NCBI GenBank assembly: GCA_951406725.2
Contig: OX597817.1
Location: 115,320,001-115,384,000 of the forward strand
Origin: Octopus vulgaris
Taxonomy: Eukaryota
Direction: 5' to 3'
Length of the DNA: 64,000 bases
The notes beneath the pieces are model-generated. The model saw only the letters and a list, made by a program, of their open reading frames with translations. It had not been told where the DNA came from and ran no database searches. Below, one piece after another: positions 30,049-42,409 of the stretch. The stretch's first letter is position 1; each line of letters begins with the position of its first letter. The position numbers and the translations under genes were made by a program.

Positions 30049-31437
30049 GTTATTATTTCTTTCACGAACCCAGAGAATGCTATACTTGGTTATATCCGCT
30101 TCAACACTTGTGTGGTACTTATTTTGATCCAGCCACACTGCATAAGCTTAAAATCGAACTAAATACAGAACGACATATTATCCAGCGCTACCAATCATAA
30201 TATGGATTTGTGAATAAGATTCTAGCCCGCATATATTTCGAAAAGAGAATAGCCGTTTGTTTGGTTGTTGATTATTTCATCGACTTGAAATTATAATAAA
30301 CCTTGAAGAGTCGACATAATATTTCATATCATTATACAAAGTGATACTTATAGTAAGAATATTAATACGAATATTTAGTAGTATATGACACTTGAAAAGT
30401 TATAAAAAAAGTCGGAGAAAGAAAATTATCAAGATGGGCGCAAAGCCATGATTTTGGTAGGAGGGTATAATAGATAAAATTTAACCCATGTCCTTGAATG
30501 GCATTTTATTTCATTGACCCTCTGAAGAATTCAGCTCTGATGGGATTCTAATAAAAAATAAAATCAAACACGATGATAGAAAATTAATTAATATGGTCTT
30601 TATGGCAGATATACTACTGTTTCGGAATAATAATTGCTTGTAATTTAGGCACAAAGCCAGCTATTTTCACAGGAGAAGTAGTCAATTATATTCACTCCAG
30701 AAGTTATGTTTGTCCTTATTCTATCGAACCTGCAGAGAGGAAAGGCGAAGCTGGCCTCAGCGTGATTGAAGCTCAAACCCGCAAATAACCGAATGGAATA
30801 ATCTCTGATGCTGCAACACTTCTTCTATGGAAATTAAGGGAAATAAAAACTTTGAAAAACAGATAATAAACTACTTTCCTTCGGAGTTCAACATTGCAAA
30901 AGTGTAATAGATGAGACATATCCAAAAGATAACTATTACATGCAATAGACATTCCTTAAATGATACGTGGAGAAGAAATATTGGGCAATTGAATCCTAGA
31001 TAGTACACTGTCTCAATAAAGAGACCGGAATACTTTCGATCGTAAGTCTACTAAGTGAGGCTACTATGAGGTTAAAGAGCAACAAAAAGATGAAACCAGA
31101 CACGTTTTATAGAAATCGAAACAACGATAAAAGGGAATCTTAATTAGATACCACAGCCTTGTTAGCAGTACTTTTTATCTACTACAATAATACTCTTGTG
31201 TTTTTCTCCGTCACAACATATGAATAAGAAAGTAAGAGGTGATAGATAAATAAGGAAGGAAGGGGTGATGGCAAACTGGAAGTGGGAGCGTTTCAACTCT
31301 GTATGTATATGTGTGTGTATGTAAAAGGGAGGTATGTGAATGTTTGTGTGTGTGTGTGCCACACCTCAGCAACACAGCGATGTAGCAAGTAATGCACCAG
31401 AAATTTGCCTGAGCCTATCAACTATTTGCTGCTGCTG

Positions 31438-31509
<72 letters not shown>

Positions 31510-31510
31510 T

Positions 31511-31549
<39 letters not shown>

Positions 31550-31816
31550 AATTACTACTGCTGCTGCTACTGCTGCTGCTGCTGCTGATAATGATGATGA
31601 TGATGATGATGTGATGTTGTAGTTGTTGTTAAGCAACAAGACGGGTAAGGGTGATTAGGTGATAGTCTAGGACTTAGGGGCGGGAGACCCCAGACCTTGG
31701 AAACAAAACTTTGGTCGTCTTGTAGTCGAGGGCTCTTCGTTGACGCCCGACACCATTGGGAGGTAGCCCGCGAAGTCGCTGCCACCACCACCATTACCAT
31801 CACCATCACCATCACC

Positions 31817-31875
<59 letters not shown>

Positions 31876-31904
31876 CACTGCTGCTTATAACAACTAACAT
31901 TAAC

Positions 31905-32215
31905 AACGGCAAGGTATGCGATGAAAAAGTCGATAGAAATCAGAGATTAGCTTGGGAGATTCAGAATTTGGTCGTCACTGGAAAAAAATGGTAGTTGCAA
32001 TCCCAATACTTCTCGGAAAATTAGAGACAGCAAAGAAAAGCTCTTGAGAAGAGATTGAACAAATTGAGGTTGCAATATGTGTGACGCACTTGTAGAAAAC
32101 AGCACTGCTTTGGACAACTTGAATACCACAGAGAGTACTTGAAAAATATGGGGTGTTACGTTAGTTCGCTGGTAGTGAACAGCGTAATACATCTCCAGCT
32201 GTTAGAAGCTGAGTA
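31905..32215 (+). mobile_element. R4/Dong-like 3' end fragment
   Basis: ACGGCAAGGTATGCGATGAAAAAGTCGATAGA..GAAAAAAATGGTAG..ACAGCACTGCTT, homologous to 61780-62005. Confidence 0.6.
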
Positions 32216-32329
32216 AAATAAAATAAAACATGTTCTAAGTTCTTTTTGGGGGTATCTGACCTGTAGTGTACATGTTACTGGGGTTGAATTTCCTAGTAGG
32301 AACAACAAAAACGAGAATAATGATAATCC

Positions 32330-32552
32330 TTTCTACTAAAGGTACAAAGGCTGAGTATTTTTGGGCGGTTGGGGGGTGAGGGTAGTCAATTATATCGACC
32401 CCAATGTTTCACTGGTACTTAATTTATCGACCCCGAAAGCACGAAAGGCAAAGTTGACCACGGCGTAATTTGAAACCAGGACGTACAAACAGACGAAATG
32501 CTGCTAAGCATTTTGCCCGGCGTGCTAACGATTCTGTCAGCTCGCTGCCTCA
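32330..32552 (-). mobile_element. tRNA-derived SINE
   Basis: Same family as 17830-18560. Confidence 0.75.
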
Positions 32553-32719
32553 ATAATAATAATAATGATAGTTATAATAATAATGATAGAACATCGGGAA
32601 ACGCGTAACATGGGAACAGATATGACAGCAACAAGAATCTCATTAAGACTTATTAAAACACAAACCAGATCGAAAAATTGTGATAGTTTTCAAGAGTAAT
32701 ATATTAAGCATCATGCCAT

Positions 32720-32930
32720 TATCATGTGCTTCTCCTTGCTTGGACTCTTCTTTAACCCTCACACGACACATATCTGGGACATCGGGAAGGTATCCATTGT
32801 CTCTGATGTGCTGATGTACATATGTTGTGTTTAGACGACCTGCTGGAAAACGGTCATGCTTTGGCATCCATAGGTGTAAGTCACTTGTCAGCTCTTGTTT
32901 AGCTGGCCTGCAATGTTCCAGTAACACTAG
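32720..32930 (-). mobile_element. RTE-like LINE 3' fragment
   Basis: LEHCRPAKQELTSDLHLWMPKHDRFPAGRLNTTYVHQ resembles the RTE C-terminal pattern GHC..ELISD.LLW.P.HG.R..GRP..TY. Confidence 0.6.
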
Positions 32931-35249
32931 AAAAACCAAACTAAGATACCAATAATATTTACAAACTACATTGATACTGTTACAATTTATAATTAAGGCA
33001 TTACAAATTTTCACACTATATAGCTGTGTGACACTACGTGTAAAGGAACAGGGCGGTCGGATTCCTTTCCCCTGTGCAAAGTTAAATCCTGGACAATAAT
33101 AAAACGCATTTAGAATAAGTTTAAAGGTGGCGTGTATATTTTGAATCTAGTGTATAACAAATACAATAAATGAAATATTAAAAATCAAATAACTGGTGCA
33201 AAACTAACAAATAACTGGGGCAAAACGAAAAGATGACATTTTAAACAGAGTTCCCTCAAGTTTCATAAAAGCATCACTAGAGACATAAACACCGGAACAA
33301 CAGCTTTCTATTCTATATGCATGTTTTCCAAAATCATTTTGTACCTAATACAAAACGAAACGATATTCTTATACAAACTTTGGAAGAAAAAAATACAACT
33401 CGGGATCTCAATATATGGTGCAGCTACAGGTGACTTGCTAGCGAAAGAGGATATACTTTTTAAAGTGCAAAACATAGAGGAAATGAAAATAGAACATAAA
33501 AAAAACGCAAGTCATTGACACAAATCACACATAAGAAATAAGTCCATTAAGAACGTAAATCATGCAGTTAGATCTAACACGGGAAGAGAAGAAACAAAAT
33601 ACTATGAAATCAAAACTTAGTGCACTAAGATCTACTAAAACATCAAAGCTGAAAACACAAAAATACAATAAAATGGGATATTGTAAAGGCGCAAACAAGA
33701 ACGTGCTTCAAAAAAGGTGAATATAATTAACAAATCAGATAGAATAGAGAGTCATTCTGTTTTGTATATAATAGTAACAGTCAAGGACAATGCTAAATCT
33801 TTGTTAAGATATATAGAATACATAAAAGAGAAAACAACGAACTAGTCGACGTTTTGATAATAATTCTTCTCAATCAGAGCTTACCTGAGGCTAAAACATC
33901 AATACTAATAACATAAAACCTATCTTACCAACGAACGTAATGGCAAAGGCAATCCAATTTGTTCCAGAGTTATATGTATTCAGAGAATCTTTAATCTTAT
34001 GCCGACAAATCACATAGAACGTAGAAAAACAGCAAGTAACATTTTGAAAAGAACGACTTTTCATAGTTGTCATGAAAAGGAAAGCAATCAAATAGTGTGA
34101 TGTAAAAGGAATGGTTAATAATTCTTAAGTAGTAACGTACTGAACAGATTGTAAAGGGAACAAGCAGTTCTTAACACAGGAAACATATTGCAATAATTTC
34201 AAGAAATTCAACATAGTTTTACTTCATGTGTATGTGGGAAATTTCATCGCTGTTACCAATTTAAGCCATAAATTGCTGCTTGTAGTTATGTATGTGGCAA
34301 ATGAAATGAAATGAAATAGTGCGGCAAAGGTGTCTTGTCATGGGCTTACTATACCACTTCGATACTCTCACCACTAAAGAAAAAGACATTCGGTGACACG
34401 GGAAGGATTATTTATTTAAATAATTTAGTAAACAGTTCCAAATTCATACGGAGAAAAGTATGAAAATGGATAAAATATGTAATCCAAAATAGGCATACAA
34501 CAAACCTACATAACATGTTTAATACATCAGTATATACAAAAATGCGATTAATTTTTGAAATGTTAGTTTCAAATAAGACTATTATCAATAACATCTCATT
34601 GATCTTCCAGTAGATTTAAAGCCACTAGGACCTAAAAATTAAAGGTAACTCCGAGGATTCTTTTCTGACACTCTCCAACAGTATGAGGTCGCATCCAAAC
34701 GACACAATCATTGAGCTGCATCACTTTATTCCTTAACAGATCTTCATCGAAATCTCTCTATAAACCACAATTAAATACACAAGATATTAGGAAATATTTC
34801 AAAGACAGCGAGTAGTATAAAAGTGAGATCAGTAATCCACCACTTTACGTAGATACAGGTACTAAAAAAGATATTTGACACATCCTAGAGATCGCAAATA
34901 AATTGACACGCATAGGAAAAACTGTTTGAAAGAAAAAGTAAGAGATATATAGTAAGAGAGTGATAAATAATTAGAAAAATGAAAATAAAATTCAAACATT
35001 TGAATGAGAAAACAAATATAGAGGTAATTCAAGCTCAAGGAGAGCCAAAAATTATTAAAAAAGCACAAAGATTAAGTAAAATACTTTAACAAAACAACAA
35101 AGTGATATGATGAAAGAATGTGAATATGTCTGAATGCAAGAAATTTTTGAAAGAAATCCAATCCAACAGCAGTAACACAAACAATCTAGAAATTGTCGAA
35201 TAATATATATATATATATTTATATTTATATTTATATATCTATCTATCTA

Positions 35250-35333
<84 letters not shown>

Positions 35334-35861
35334 CACACACCCAAACACACACTACATATTCCTAATTATCCGAGATCACTTGTTCTCTGACACGTAATCA
35401 GAAATTACCAGTTACCATGCCTATTTGCAGTGCGTCACTGTGCCGTTGTGTCTCATACGAAAGAATTTATGAACAAAGAATTTATGAAGAAACATTGTTT
35501 CTGTTTAGATCAAGCTGGATGCTAATTTAAGTATAAAAGGCATAAGGAAGAAAAAATGGAAAACAGGTGCACTTTCTCGACCGGTGCCAATCAAAGCACT
35601 TCATACATAAGCATGGAAACACAAATAAACATACACTTAATCTATTGAATACACACATCACTGCTTAGTCTGTCTCTCCGTCTCTTTATACATGTACGTG
35701 TGTTTATCTAATTAATTATCGGTCTGTCTGTCTGTATTTCTGTGTGTATATCTCTCCCCACTCTCTTTCTCTCTCTCCCTCTCTCTATATATATCCTTCT
35801 TTCTATCTATCTATCTATCTATCTCTCTCCCTCTCTGTCTCTGTCTCTGTCTCTGTCTCTG

Positions 35862-35906
<45 letters not shown>

Positions 35907-37334
35907 GTTTATCCTTAGGGAGAAAAATAGAGAGAGGGATAAAGGAAGCATCGTAATTTGTATATATAGACATGTAAATATGTCTATATCGTTACTCACT
36001 GTATGTCTGTCTGTCTCTATCTATCCGTCTATCACACACACTTGAATACACATGAATATATGTAATAATTTTTTCAGTAACTGGTTTTTCTTTAATCAAG
36101 GCTAGACATTCAGTAGTCGTTGAATAATACCTTCTGACGATTCACCTCATAAATTTTAATATCTCCACTACGTATCCCAGCAATCTCTCTATATATAAAC
36201 GGCAGGTTGTCTGTGCGTGCTTCTGTGTGTCTGTTTTCTCGTACCCTCACCCTGACCACGGTTTTCAACCGATTCTGATGAAACTTGACACACACATAGC
36301 CCAATGTCATAATTCAAAACTAACGCAGCGAAAATTTTGAAAAGTTCCCCCAGTTCTGAAAAAAATTGATAAATTCGACATGGGGTCGAGAATCATAAAC
36401 ATGAACCACAGATTGTCTAGGGGACGCAACTCGAGAATCTAAGCTTTTTTTATGCAACGCATTATCTATGGTAGTTTTCACAACTTGCAATCATTTTCAC
36501 CAAACTCATGGTGAAGCTTAATGTTACCCTAAGAAACTCAATTCTGACGTTAGTTTTCCATGCAATACCTTACCATCAGAAACAATCGATAAAATCATGC
36601 CATTTTGAGAAATCGCGTTCAAATTCAAGATGACATATTTTCGACAATATCTTTCACAAATTGGCAGGAATCTTTTTTTTTTTCACAACGAGCATCATGT
36701 CTGCTCCAAGGAGCTATATAGCCCTTTTTATTCCAATAGGATACATTATTGGAAAAAATCGGTTAATTTAATCATATGTGGCACACATAGCAAACAAATT
36801 TGTGTATTAAACACAAACCAGACTGTCTAGGGGACGCAACTTGACCTTTTTAGCTATCGATAATTCGATCCAACCAATTCCTACCAGGAAGAAATTACAT
36901 TCGAGACTTTACCCCCAACACCGCCACTTCTGCTAATAGCTGCTGCAGCCGCAAGTTATTCGAATACTTTTTTGGTTTAAACTTTCTTTATAACTACCAC
37001 CCCAAACGTTTTACCTTCAATTTTTGACGTACCCTAACGGTCCTCGGACGCTACTTGCAAACTCTTGGTTTATTATAAACCACTTTTGTCGTGTGCATCA
37101 AAAAACTTTTCCTTTCGTTTGTTCAGTTTGATCACTTTTGACTTTTTCGTTGTTGTCACTCACATTGCTGCCAGCTTTTTGGCCGTTTTTGTACATTTTT
37201 ATACATTTTCGGATACTTACCCCACGAGCTCCTTTTTATTACACCTTTACCAAACACATTGCTATCCACCAAAATACTTACCCCACGTGTTCCTTTTTAT
37301 TACACCTTTGCCAAACACATTGCTATCCACCAAA

Positions 37335-40300
37335 ATGCCACCCAAGAAGAGAAAGACCCTCCTCAGCCCTCGGACGGCCAAGGCATCGGCTGATAGGGCT
37401 AGAAGGGCACGCGAGACCCACGAGGAAACCGCCTTGCGCCTCTCGCAAACAGCTTCCCGTTATGCCGCTGCTCAGGCATCTGAAACTACTAGCGACCGTT
37501 CTACCCGACTTGCAAGGGTCGCAGCGTACAGATCTTCCCTCCGCTCGAGGTTGACGAAAGAGCAACAGTCCAGCGAAAACATGCGGGCTTCTTACTGTGC
37601 TTCCATCCGCAGAGCTCGCGAGAACCCCGAACAAAGGGCCATTCGGAATGCGGCTAACGCCACTAGCACTGCCAGGACACGATCTGTCGAAACCTCACAG
37701 CAGAGGAGAACTCGCCAAGATGCTGACGCCGCAAACAAAGCCATGGCCAAAGCTGCCGAAACACCTCAACAGAGGAGAGCTCGCCAAGCTGCTAACGCCG
37801 CAAACACAGCCAGGGCTCGATCTGCCGAAACTCCACACCAACGGACTATTCGGACATCCAGACATGCCATTAACACTGCTTCTGCTAGGGCTTCAGAGGG
37901 TGCTGAGGCGAGAGCTGAAAGGCTTTCAAGGGATGCCACTGCTACCGCTGTCGCACGTGCATCTGAATCTACTGAGGCACGGTGCACTCGACTTGAGAGT
38001 ATCAACAAACGTCGGGATATCATTCGTGGTGTACGTACCCCTGCCCCCGCTTTCTGGTTGTCACTAGCATTCAACTACGACGCCACAATTAACTTCTCCT
38101 TGCGTGACGACATCAAGATAGGGTCAATGACAATTGTATGCCAGTTTTGCAAAGCCAAGAAATGGGCCGGAGAGCCACCTGGTTTGTGCTGCTCTGGTGG
38201 CAAAGTGGACCTGCCACCCCTACGGGAACAACCTCAACCACTGAAGGATCTCGCGGCGGGTTTAACCCCCGATTCGTCACAATTCCTTGAAATAATTCGA
38301 AAGTACAACTGCTCATTCCAAATGACCTCTTTTGGGGCCAAAATTCCTCCCAGAGAAGGCTGGATGCCTACTTTCAAAGTGCAGGGACAGGTCTACCATC
38401 TTATTGGGTCACTTCTGCCAGACGAGATTCAGCAGTCTTCTTTCCTCCAAATATACTTCATTGCCGACTACAACCACCAGGTTGATGCACGCCTTGGAAT
38501 AATACCGGGTACAAGCTATGTTCCTCGCAAAGACATTCTTCTCCGTCTCCAAACCATGCTTCATGATATCAACAGCTACGTCTGCAGCTTCAGATATGCC
38601 TTGGACAGTGCTCCATCTCCAAACTTCACCGTTGTCATTGATGCTGATAAACGACCCCACGGGGAGCACGAACGCCGTTTCAACGCACCTGCGTGCAACG
38701 AAATTGCCGCAGTTATACACGGAGAGCAACACAACAGCTGTGACATAATCATCTCCTCCCGTGGTAACAACCTACACAGGATCAGCGAGACTCACAGATC
38801 TTATGACGCGCTTCAGTATCCATTGCTTTTCCCTTATGGGGAAGACGGCTACCACTTCGGAATTCCTTTACGGCAGCCCTCCAATCAAACTACTGCGGCA
38901 TCAAAGACGGTTTCCTGCAGGGCGTTCTACTCATACCGGTTCATGGTCAGGGAGGGTGAGTTCAACTTATTGCCCCGTTGTCGTCAGCTATTCAACCAGT
39001 TCGCCGTCGACATGGCCGCAAAAATGGAATCGGAAAGGCTGCTATACATTAAACTTAATCAGACCAAACTTCGCTCCGACTCCTACATTCATCTCCGTGA
39101 CGGTTTGCAACAAGAAAATGACCCTCGCAACATCGGCAAGCCATGCATTCTACCCTCCACCTTCACGGGAGGACCGCGATATATGCGTGAAAGGACCCAA
39201 GACGCCTTGACCTACGTGCGCATTTACGGCCGGCCGGACCTCTTTATCACCTACACGTGCAATCCCAGCTGCGACGAAATCACTCGCGAACTCCTCCCGG
39301 GTCAATCTCACACCCATCGACACGACATCGTTGCTAGGGTTTTCCGTCTGAATTTGGGCAAAATGAAGGATTTGATAGTTAAGGGTCAGATTTTCGGGCA
39401 CGTCAGGTGCCACATGTTTTCGGTCGAGTGGCAAAAGAGGGGCTTGCCACATGCTCACATCTTAATTTGGCTCACTCATAAAATCGAGACTAATGACATT
39501 GACAAATTCATTTCCGCCGAGATTCCTGACCCCGATGAGGACCCCGGACTCTACGAAATTGTCCGCACTACCATGGTACACGGGCCCTGTGGACCAAATT
39601 ACGCCAACACACCATGCTACAAAAACGGATTAGCCTGCTCAAAGGGATTCCCTAAACGGTTCACTTTGGAGACTCAAACAGGCGGCGATGGGTATCCGCT
39701 GTACAAACGAAGGAGTCCAGCCAATGGAGGCCGCACGATTACGGTTGGGCGACATCAAGTGGACAACAGCTACATTGTCCCCTACTGTCCTCTCCTGTCG
39801 AAGATATTCAAAGCCCACGTCAACGTTGAGTTCTGCAGCTCCATCAGGTCAATACAATATGTCTGCAAATATATCAACAAAGGCAGCGATGCTGCCATGT
39901 TCAGCATCCAGAGGACCACCAGTCGCGACGAAGTGTCCAACTACTTGGCTGGCCGGTACCTCAGCAGCAACGAAGCGTTTTGGCGCATTTACGGCTTCCC
40001 GCTCCATCAGAGACACCCGGCTGTGGTGCAGCTTGCTGTACACTTGGAAAATGGACAGCGGATTTACTTCACAGAGCAAAGTGCTGTGCAGATAGCCACC
40101 AGCCCTAAAGACACAACGTTGACTGGTTTCTTCAAATTATGCCAACGTGATGACTTCGCTCGAACGCTTTTGTACCCACAGGTCCCATCGTACTTCGTGT
40201 GGTCTAAAAACACCTGGGTTCGACGGAAATCCGGCAAAAACGTCGAAAGCTTCCCAGGCGTCAAGTTTGACTCCTGCCTGGATCGAGTTTACAACATCCC

Positions 40301-42221
40301 GCCAAACCAGCAAGAATGCTTCTACCTCCGTCTCCTTCTACATGAGGTCACTGGTCCAACAGGTTTCGCCAATATACATACCGTCAATGGGGTTCTGTGC
40401 GACACCTTCAGGGAAGCATGTATGAGACTTGGCCTTCTAGAGGATGACTCCCAGTGGGACGCCACGGTGGCAGAGGGTGCTTTACTGCAAACGCATTCGG
40501 CCCTACGACATCTTTTCGCAATCCTTCTTCAAAAATGTCAGCTTAGTGATCCACTAAGTCTCTGGATGAAATACAGGGATGACATGTCGCACGACTTCTT
40601 ACGTACGGCTCAGCAACACTGCCCTTCCGCCGAGATCACGTTCACCAACTTTTACAATTTTTACAATTTTTACAATTTTGCGCTCATTCAACTCGAAGAC
40701 GCTGTCATCGATATGGGTGGGTCTGCTTTAACAGAGTACGGCCTTCCACCACCCACACGTGAACACGCCAATGTTATGTCTGCTGAATTGTTACGCGAAA
40801 CTTCCTACTGCATTGAGGAACTGCACCAGTACGTCCAAGATAATGAACCACGGCTGCTTCCAGACCAGCGCATAGCCTATAACACCATCGTAGACTCTGT
40901 CAGACAGCAACGTGGGGGGATTTTCTTCCTTGATGCACCCGGCGGCACTGGCAAAACCTTCGTCACTAAACTAATTCTGGCAGAGGTCAGACGCAACACG
41001 GACATTGCCCTGGCTGTAGCTTCCTCTGATATCGCGGCCACGTTGCTTCCGGGTGGCAGAACCGCCCACTCTGCCTTCAGACTCCCGCTCGATCTGGCAA
41101 AGTCCGAGTCACCTATCTGCAACATCGCCAAGAACTCAGAACAGGCCGACATTCTGCGCAGATGCAAACTCATCGTATGGGACGAGTGCACTATGGCACA
41201 CAAAAGCGCCCTTGAGGCACTGGACAGGTCCCTGCAAGACATCAGAGACTCTACGGCCCCCATGGGAGGATTAACTTTACTTCTTTCAGGAGACTTCAGG
41301 CAGACTCTACCTGTTATTCCAAAAGGAACCCGTGCCGATGCCGTGCGCGCGTGCCTTAAGTCGTCAGCTCTTTGGGCACATGTGCGGCCCTTGCACCTCC
41401 AAACTAACATGCGCGCGCAGTTAATTGGTGACAGCGGATCCGCTGCATTCTCCAGGGACCTCTTATCGCTCGGTGAAAATAGGATGCTGTCTGATGCGGA
41501 TGGCTACGTTCAATTGGACTCACTTTGCACCATTGTCGACACCCCTGCTAGCCTCCGGGACGCTGTCTTCCACGACCTACAAAACAATTTACGCGACCTA
41601 AAATGGCTGGCAGGCAGAGCTATTCTCGCACCCAAAAATACAACCGTCAACTCCATCAATATCCAGCTACTTGAAGCTATTCCTGGTGATGTCCACGTCT
41701 ACAAATCTATAGATAGGACAGCAGACCCCGCCCAGCTTGCCGATTATCCTGTTGAATTCCTGAATTCACTTGAACCGCCAGGCCTGCCACCACACATCCT
41801 GAAGTTAAAAGTCGGTGCGCCCATTATGCTCATCAGGAATTTGGTTCCACCTAAACAGTGCAACGGCACACGTTTGGTTGTGAAACATTTGGCACCACAT
41901 TTAATAACGGCCACAATACTTACCGGTTGTGGGAAGGGAGAGGACGTCTTCATTCCACGGATGCACCTTCAACCGTCGGGCGCTGACCTACCAATCCACT
42001 TCAGGCGTTCTCAGTTTCCTGTTAAACTCTGCTTCGCAATGTCCATCAATAAATCCCAAGGCCAAACGCTACAAGTCGCTGGGTTACATTTGGGCGAACA
42101 GTGCTTCGCCCACGGTCAACTCTACGTGGGCTGTTCACGCGTTGGGAGGCGCAATGATGTTTTCATGTTTTCGCCCAAACGGACAGCTAGGAACATCGTA
42201 TATACAGAAGTATTCCAGTGA
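37335..42221 (+). CDS. Helitron RepHel transposase (HUH Rep + Pif1-family SF1B helicase), ~1628 aa
   Basis: Likely start MPPKKRK (NLS-like) at 37335 within ORF 37065-42221. Zn-finger-like CQFC..CC. Rep motifs PDLFITYTCNP, EWQKRGLPHAH (HUH) and YVCKYINK. Helicase motifs DAPGGTGKT, IVWDE, GDFRQTLP, FAMSINKSQGQTL and HGQLYVGCSRV. No internal stops. Confidence 0.95.
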   Translation: MPPKKRKTLLSPRTAKASADRARRARETHEETALRLSQTASRYAAAQASETTSDRSTRLARVAAYRSSLRSRLTKEQQSSENMRASYCASIRRARENPEQRAIRNAANATSTARTRSVETSQQRRTRQDADAANKAMAKAAETPQQRRARQAANAANTARARSAETPHQRTIRTSRHAINTASARASEGAEARAERLSRDATATAVARASESTEARCTRLESINKRRDIIRGVRTPAPAFWLSLAFNYDATINFSLRDDIKIGSMTIVCQFCKAKKWAGEPPGLCCSGGKVDLPPLREQPQPLKDLAAGLTPDSSQFLEIIRKYNCSFQMTSFGAKIPPREGWMPTFKVQGQVYHLIGSLLPDEIQQSSFLQIYFIADYNHQVDARLGIIPGTSYVPRKDILLRLQTMLHDINSYVCSFRYALDSAPSPNFTVVIDADKRPHGEHERRFNAPACNEIAAVIHGEQHNSCDIIISSRGNNLHRISETHRSYDALQYPLLFPYGEDGYHFGIPLRQPSNQTTAASKTVSCRAFYSYRFMVREGEFNLLPRCRQLFNQFAVDMAAKMESERLLYIKLNQTKLRSDSYIHLRDGLQQENDPRNIGKPCILPSTFTGGPRYMRERTQDALTYVRIYGRPDLFITYTCNPSCDEITRELLPGQSHTHRHDIVARVFRLNLGKMKDLIVKGQIFGHVRCHMFSVEWQKRGLPHAHILIWLTHKIETNDIDKFISAEIPDPDEDPGLYEIVRTTMVHGPCGPNYANTPCYKNGLACSKGFPKRFTLETQTGGDGYPLYKRRSPANGGRTITVGRHQVDNSYIVPYCPLLSKIFKAHVNVEFCSSIRSIQYVCKYINKGSDAAMFSIQRTTSRDEVSNYLAGRYLSSNEAFWRIYGFPLHQRHPAVVQLAVHLENGQRIYFTEQSAVQIATSPKDTTLTGFFKLCQRDDFARTLLYPQVPSYFVWSKNTWVRRKSGKNVESFPGVKFDSCLDRVYNIPPNQQECFYLRLLLHEVTGPTGFANIHTVNGVLCDTFREACMRLGLLEDDSQWDATVAEGALLQTHSALRHLFAILLQKCQLSDPLSLWMKYRDDMSHDFLRTAQQHCPSAEITFTNFYNFYNFYNFALIQLEDAVIDMGGSALTEYGLPPPTREHANVMSAELLRETSYCIEELHQYVQDNEPRLLPDQRIAYNTIVDSVRQQRGGIFFLDAPGGTGKTFVTKLILAEVRRNTDIALAVASSDIAATLLPGGRTAHSAFRLPLDLAKSESPICNIAKNSEQADILRRCKLIVWDECTMAHKSALEALDRSLQDIRDSTAPMGGLTLLLSGDFRQTLPVIPKGTRADAVRACLKSSALWAHVRPLHLQTNMRAQLIGDSGSAAFSRDLLSLGENRMLSDADGYVQLDSLCTIVDTPASLRDAVFHDLQNNLRDLKWLAGRAILAPKNTTVNSINIQLLEAIPGDVHVYKSIDRTADPAQLADYPVEFLNSLEPPGLPPHILKLKVGAPIMLIRNLVPPKQCNGTRLVVKHLAPHLITATILTGCGKGEDVFIPRMHLQPSGADLPIHFRRSQFPVKLCFAMSINKSQGQTLQVAGLHLGEQCFAHGQLYVGCSRVGRRNDVFMFSPKRTARNIVYTEVFQ

Positions 42222-42315
42222 AGACAAGACATTGCAACGTCCACATGCACCTTCGTTCCCTGGAGGGAAAGGACTACATTGGGATTAGTCGTTGCCTACT
42301 AGGGGCTCTTACATA

Positions 42316-42343
42316 CCCGGGCAACGCCGGGCTATGCTGCTAG
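42316..42343 (+). terminator. Helitron 3' hairpin + CTAG transposition termination signal
   Basis: GC-rich palindrome CCCGGGCAACGCCGGG lies 8 nt upstream of the terminal CTAG. Confidence 0.9.
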
Positions 42344-42409
42344 TTGTTATATAAAAGTAAAATCTTCCGACAATAGCAATGTGTAGAAATATACCCAAAG
42401 ATATCGGTT

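Larger units (their letters stand above)
36184..42343 (+). mobile_element. Full-length autonomous-type Helitron (rolling-circle transposon), 6160 bp
   Basis: 5' TC at 36184, preceded by A. 3' CTAG at 42340-42343, followed by T (A|T target, no TSD). Subterminal hairpin CCCGGGCAACGCCGGG at 42316-42331. Internal RepHel ORF. Confidence 0.95.

Noticed and set aside
33040-35160. Long A-rich, strand-biased stretch that might be a decayed TE or host exons
   Set aside because: No convincing ORF, motif or splice pattern that I can support by eye.
37065-37334. 90-aa N-terminal extension of the RepHel ORF
   Set aside because: It starts at TTG, is low-complexity and includes the 61-bp duplication. MPPKKRK at 37335 is the more plausible start.
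37138-42288. Alternative-frame and antisense ORFs inside the Helitron
   Set aside because: These are shadow ORFs of a GC-rich coding sequence with no independent motifs.
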